From Chara braunii (Eukaryota > Plantae > Charophyceae): a stretch of 64,000 bases of DNA. This document shows positions 57,783 through 64,000 of this stretch, one piece after another. The stretch's first letter is position 1; each line of letters opens with the position of its first letter. The DNA lies in contig BFEA01000025.1 of the NCBI GenBank assembly GCA_003427395.1, forward strand, positions 3,071,036-3,135,035, given 5' to 3'. Made by a program: the position numbers and the translations under genes. The notes below the pieces were generated by a model. That model was not told the DNA's origin and made no database searches. It saw nothing but the letters and a program-made list of their open reading frames with translations.

Positions 57783-60700
57783 CATGTGTTTGAACCATAC
57801 TTGCGGCGCACCGGCATTATGCGCAGCGCGCTGTGCGCAGACCCGAGGTGCGCACGTGCGCCGCGCGTCTGGGTGCATGGTGCGCTGCGCACATGCCTGG
57901 TGCGCTGGGGAATGCGCATCTGCAGCCCGCATATGCGCCAGGTGCGCACATCTTTTTTTGTTTTTGTTTTTGTATGTTGCATTGGAGATCACACACACAC
58001 ACACACACACTTTTTTTTTCTTTTTCTTTAATGTTGCATTGGAGAGCACACACAACACACACACACACACACTCTGGAGGATTGATGCTGCCGCTGCGCA
58101 CAACAACTTTACAGATTAACCCACAAAATGTCCTCGGGGCGGCGATTAGAACTTAGTACTTACCTTGGGGTTGGTTGAGCAATGTGCGTGTAATCAGAGA
58201 GGAAGCATGTTCGTTTTTCAAACACAAGCAGAAACAAGAAACATCACAAGATTCAAGACAAAAGAAAGTGTTAGACTCGGTATCCCGAAAGCCGTAGCTT
58301 GCGAAGTTCGTAGTCTTACAAGCACGGAAGCAAGCAAGCAAGCACACACTACCCTCAAAATACTCATTCGTGATTCTGCGAAAAGTAAGGGCTACTCGTC
58401 CTGCTCCCTCGAGTGTTCCTCCCCGTGAGACTCCGCATACGACGTGACCTTCTCCGACTCATCCCCGTTCGGCTCTCCACTATCATCCGATCTTTGGGAC
58501 AGTTCCTCCTACTCAATCTCCTGCGGCGCACTGTCGTCCGACGATGACAATGACGATGATGATGAAGAAGATTTATTTTTCCGCTTACGACACAAATTTT
58601 CTTCATTGTCTTCGATCACCTCACAGTTGTTCTCCTCCTTCGCAGGCCTTGCTGCCTTGGCTACTGCAGCTTTTGCTGCCTCTCCACGTGCTGCTAATGC
58701 AGTTGTTCTCCTCCTTCGCAGGCCTTGCTGCCTTGGCTCCTTCTTCGTCGGCGAAAGACGAGGCCGCCTTTTTTTTTTTGTTGTGGAACATCCCCCTCCC
58801 CAACATTCCTCTTTCCTTTCTCAACCTGCAGTTTTTCAACAACGTCCGCTGCTGTTGCCTTCTTTTTGCGTCGCCCGCGACCCGACACCACCTCCCTCCC
58901 CTGCACCCAATCGTCGCTTTGACGCGCCTTCAAGGCACGGGCACGACCCTCCAAGGTATACAAAAACCCGAGATCGGGTTCTTCAAGACCCAACTTCCTG
59001 CGCAACTCCTGCATTCGGTGCGTTCCAGGCTTGCGTGGTATGTTCTCTCCAGTGCACCGAGCACGACAATGTCGTCCTCATCATCAGCAAAGTTCTCCTC
59101 CTCGTTGCTCTTCAACCATGTACGCGCCAGTGGGGCATCATTGCATTCTTTGTTGCGGACCTCCGTTGCAGCAACATCACCGGCTGTCCCTTCCCTAACT
59201 TTCGCGGCCCATTGGTCGTACCACTCCTCCACTTCTGTTATCGCCAACATCATCATCCTTCTGCGGAATGTGTATGTCTTCCCCGTTCCCTTGCTCTCTT
59301 CGCGTCGACAATTGGATATTCCAATTGTTATAGCTTACTCAATCTCTCCGGTAAGAGTTTCGTGTGGCGTTGGCTGTAAATGAGGTGGTGTAAGCTCCAG
59401 TTTCGCTCATATCCAGCCGAAGAGCTCGTCTGGCCAAGAAGTTTGGTTGCCTGCAGTTGGAGGAGGTCCAGGGACCCCCCGAACGCCTCCCACCATAGCG
59501 CCAGAGTTTTCAAACTCGCCTGCTCCCTTGCATTCTGTGTCCCCAAAGTGCCCAATCCCTGCACCCACATGTCCACCTGTTTGCTGATTTCTCGCTACAA
59601 CAACTCCGGCGGCGCCCAAAAATAAAGCCAGATGTTGAACCCCTCGCAAATCTGCATGTCTCTCAACGTGTGCGTCATATACTCGGGATCAAGGAAGATG
59701 GCCACGCAATGCAGCTCTGATGTCATGAAGGCCCACCGGTCCATCAAAATCTTCTCCACGTTCGCCTTCTCAGCGTCCAACAGGCCGTCGAGGGTGCGCA
59801 TAGTAGCCACAACCGCGTCCATGCCAAAATAGACTTTGCTCATAGTTGCTCCTGGACCGTCCACCAAACGAAGGAGCTTGACAACAGGCTTCATCACCGC
59901 CAGAGTCATGTCCACATCCTTCCAGAATCCATTTGTGTCCATGATGATGTGGGTGACAACGTTGAATGGAGCCACCTGCTCCCCCCTCACCAACTTCTCT
60001 ACCCACGCCACGTTGCAGACACAATGCTCCAATAGATTCCTCCCCGTGCTAAGCGACAGAAGCATCTCAAAGTTCGTCGTGAATCTAGTGACCGTCGAGC
60101 GTTTGAGTTGCGCATCCGCGATCCTGTTGTACATAGCACGAACCTTGTCGACGTTGGTGAAAAACTTGCCAACTTTATTGTCGTTGTCGACGACCGTTTT
60201 CAAGCAATCTATGTAGGTGTACATGTCCTCCAGGGCCAAATCCAAGGCATGGGTTGTGCAACCCACACTAAAGATTCCAAGGTACTTAGCATCCGCCATC
60301 TCCCCCGCTTTAGCGCAAACCTTCGCATTGTCCATCACAACGCCGACAATGGACGCCGCACTGATCTCCTGGATCACCCCGTCCAACATCTTGAAGTACG
60401 TTGTGGAATCATTTTCCCTCCCCTCCATGCAGACAGACTTCGAAAACACTGTTCCGGCCGGGAAAGAGACCATGACATTCAGATGCGGTTTGTTCCTCCA
60501 GTCCGACCACCCGGCCATTTGGAGCATGCATCCTGTTCTCTCCCACTTCTTCACTAGTGACTGCGTGTCTTCTCCCACCAATTTAAATTGTCCGTCCAAC
60601 TGTTTGGTCCTCATCTTGTCCCTCTTGCTAGACCACCAACTAGGATGACACTTCTTCACAACATCGAGGAACTCGAGAAAGCAGAAGTTCTCCACCATGT

Positions 60701-61300
60701 TGAATGGCTGATTCGTGCAAATCAGCCACCGATCCATCTTCCGACCCGCGTGCTCGTTTCGGGTGATGATAGTGTCTGCCTCCTCGAGCAAAGTTTGCCT
60801 CACCGACCGTCCACACCACTTCCCGGGGCAGGAGCGAAGATGTTTGCAGATCTTGCAGGCGAGGTCGTCTCGCCATCACTTGGTCTGCGTGTTGGTGATG
60901 ATGGAGGCACGAAACTGTTGGAAGACGGTCCTGTGCTCCGACCACCACTTCCCCCAATTCCACCTACGAGATGAGTGGCCTGGTGCTTCCCCAGCCTGAT
61001 GCCCTTGATTCTCGTGAGCCTTTCCTCCGCGGTCAATGCCCGAGTGACAAGCTCAATATTGCACTTCGTCAAGAAGTGCCTCTTCCGTGCCGACGAACCG
61101 GGTCTCACAATAGTTGCAGAGCCAGTGCCTCAACCCCTTGCCGGGGTCCTTGCCGCGAGGACCTTCATCAGTGAAGTGCCTCACGAACGATTGTATGATT
61201 TGCTTCGCCAGTGTCGCCGACATCTTCACCTGCACACACACAATCCACAAACAGCCAAGGCGTCGACCCCTCTTCAACACTCTTCAAAGAAATAGCGTCC
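57783..61300 (-). mobile_element. hAT DNA transposon relic (BED finger, DUF659/RNase H-like DDE, hATC dimerisation), frameshifted
   Basis: WLCNYC..HFLTKC, (D>A)GWSD, MDNA, CTTHALDLALED, TRF and SSSAGYERNWS in ORF pieces 58930-61222; TGCGCA-rich subterminal region 57800-57950; the other end may lie in the N gap. Confidence 0.88.
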
Positions 61301-61451
61301 ACCCCTCAAGCCCGTCTCCCCTCCACCCACCTCCAGCTCCCCCCCCACCTGTCAAACAACTGCCTTGGATCAAAGCCCCCAATCAAAGCACTGCCTGTAA
61401 CCGCAGGCCCATCACTGAAATGGCAGAAGAATAAAAAATTCAAGCTTGTCC

Positions 61452-61525
<74 letters not shown>

Positions 61526-61969
61526 NNNNNNNNNNNNNNNNNNNNNNNNNNNNNNNNNNNNNNNNNNNNNNNNNNNNNNNNNNNNNNNNNNNNNNNNNNN
61601 NNNNNNNNNNNNNNNNNNNNNNNNNNNNNNNNNNNNNNNNNNNNNNNNNNNNNNNNNNNNNNNNNNNNNNNNNNNNNNNNNNNNNNNNNNNNNNNNNNNN
61701 NNNNNNNNNNNNNNNNNNNNNNNNNNNNNNNNNNNNNNNNNNNNNNNNNNNNNNNNNNNNNNNNNNNNNNNNNNNNNNNNNNNNNNNNNNNNNNNNNNNN
61801 NNNNNNNNNNNNNNNNNNNNNNNNNNNNNNNNNNNNNNNNNNNNNNNNNNNNNNNNNNNNNNNNNNNNNNNNNNNNNNNNNNNNNNNNNNNNNNNNNNNN
61901 NNNNNNNNNNNNNNNNNNNNNNNNNNNNNNNNNNNNNNNNNNNNNNNNNNNNNNNNNNNNNNNNNNNNN

Positions 61970-62040
<71 letters not shown>

Positions 62041-64000
62041 AGAGAGAGAGAGAGAGCAGGTCGGTCTCCAACATAGCGGCTGGCCTCCTGGTACTTCCAT
62101 CGATCGGCTGAGCAAAATCGAATGAATCTACCGCTGGAACATGGAAATATACACTGCCACATTTGTTTGTGTGTGTGTGTTTATTTTGCGTACCAAGCCT
62201 CCACGACCGTGTCGCGGCATGTTGCGTCAAAAACTCATGCGAGGAGACCGACCCCAATCAAGCGATTCCTGGATTACCCTACGAAAAAATCACCATGCTC
62301 ACCCATGATCGTAGCAGAAGAGAATGGTATACGTATGCTCCACCTGGAACACAGGTGTGTGAAGTAGCCTTACTCATAGAGCGTAACACCCAGTGACATT
62401 TCGAAAAAAAACACACAACAATACGTAATTCCTTAGGAAAGCCAGAGATCCCACTTATTGTCATACGCATGTGGAAGACAGGAACAAAAGAAAAAAGAAA
62501 AAAAGAAAAAAAGGGGGGGGGGGGGGGGGGGAGGATATGAACACAAAAGCCAAGCACAAAAGCATCATAGAAGGAGGGGTGGTACAAATTATTGATGATA
62601 CAAGCCATTTAGACAAAGTCGAACGAACAGTCGAGGCATCATTTATTCAAAGAGTACTCTCATAACCCAGCCGAAAGGCCGCTCGAAAAGGTTAAAGGAA
62701 CAACCATAGCGTCCCCGACCTCGCTACGCTAACTTCAAGCCTAACCCTCCGAATTTCCACGAGACGGTAAGTGGGGGAGAAGAGGAGAACCCAACATGAA
62801 CAAGCCCCCCTATGACAATCCATCCACTTATAAATGTGACCGTCGCGATGATGTTCGATGCAAACAAAGCAATTGCCCAGTGAAGAACGACAATATCGGG
62901 AGGGGCGGGACAAGCCAACTGTGGGTTCATAATCAAGAGAGTGACAGCATTCAAGATCCTCCATGAGAAGACAAGGGATGCTACAACTGGGCCGAAACAG
63001 CACAACCACACAGTACACATAATTGCACGGGGTCGAAAACGACCAAACGACGGACCACGGGCAAACCCTGCTCCCCTCGAAGCTCCCACCAAAATTCCAC
63101 ACAATCCCAGAGCGCAGCCATCACTATAACAAGCGTCGAAGTGCCCTCCTCTCAGAATGGAACGGAATGCCAGCAGCCAATCCCCCTTACACCAGCCCCT
63201 CCTCGCGAGTAATACCGTTGTTCAGAAGAGATACATAACATCCCGAAGCGCAGCACCCACTAACAAACTCCCAGTGCTGAAAAGCACTCCTCCCCCCAAT
63301 GGAGGAACCCGATCCCGAATGAGGCTGCTATCAGATCCTTCCCCGCTCTCCAACACACACTGCCTTCCACCACCCTCGTACCCCATACAACCATAGAGTC
63401 TCTAAATGGCATCGCCACTATGCCTTGCAGACGCGCGGGTGGGCACAAGGAGAAGACGAATTCAAAAGCAGGCTCCTGCTGATGCAGACCAGCGCCTCAC
63501 AGCTGTCCAGGAAAGCTAAGAAGGACAAAAAAGCGAAGAGGGCAATCAGGGTGACAACGATGCAGTATGCCACGCCCAGCTCGTCCATGGCGAAGAGATT
63601 CAGACATCAAACCTGCAAAACCGCATCAACCCATTCCTTTGGCAGCATCCACCAAAACGAAGCCCGCATCCCATACATACACAACGCTCGGCCATCACAA
63701 ACAAAAATAACAATAACAATAAACAGCCAAAAACGTTCGTTAAAAAACACACACAGGTCACACCAGGCGGGGGGAAGGGGGTGGGGAAGCATAGAGAACA
63801 AGAGGTGAGTATCCCAATTCGGCCAAGCGGCCCTATTATGCCGGCGCATGGAAGAAGGGTGGTGGACCGAACCCTGAAGTACTTTTCGCCTGCTTCCACC
63901 AATCCGGCTCATCAGAGAGTAAGAAACATCCTTCATAGCGCTCCGAAAGGGAACTCAGAGGAAACATCCTCAAGAGGACAGAGAACCAAGACGAGGGGGA

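Noticed and set aside
932-62257. Numerous ORF-track entries (poly-ER/SL, HT/CV, KKER, LF, X-runs; 27147-27608, 35004-35879, 45294-45791)
   Set aside because: Translations of microsatellites, minisatellites or N gaps.

Overview
Eukaryotic, repeat-rich draft-assembly nuclear DNA with N gaps and many microsatellites. The land-plant-like nuclear and mitochondrial genes, huge introns and TE load suggest a streptophyte alga such as Chara (inference). It holds two divergently oriented protein genes: a four-CX9/10C CHCH (COX19-like) protein on the minus strand (2714-3136) and a 7-exon ABCI20-type soluble ABC ATPase on the plus strand (17202-42823, about 334 aa, with one GC-AG intron). ABCI20 intron 3 carries a shuffled mitochondrial insertion (rps11, nad5 x2, rps10, maturase/group II intron, atp1). 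The rest is LINE remnants, a dead hAT transposase, LTR-like elements, MITEs, tRNA-derived SINE-like repeats and minisatellites. The most notable signal is a family of non-coding repeats built around a type III hammerhead ribozyme (about 9 whole or partial copies, 32.6-44.6 kb). It has a ~534-nt ribozyme-to-ribozyme monomer, two copies start at the predicted cleavage site, some copies are inverted or fold-back, and one cluster splits a U6 snRNA copy with a 16-bp duplication. This is a retrozyme/Penelope-like RNA element candidate.
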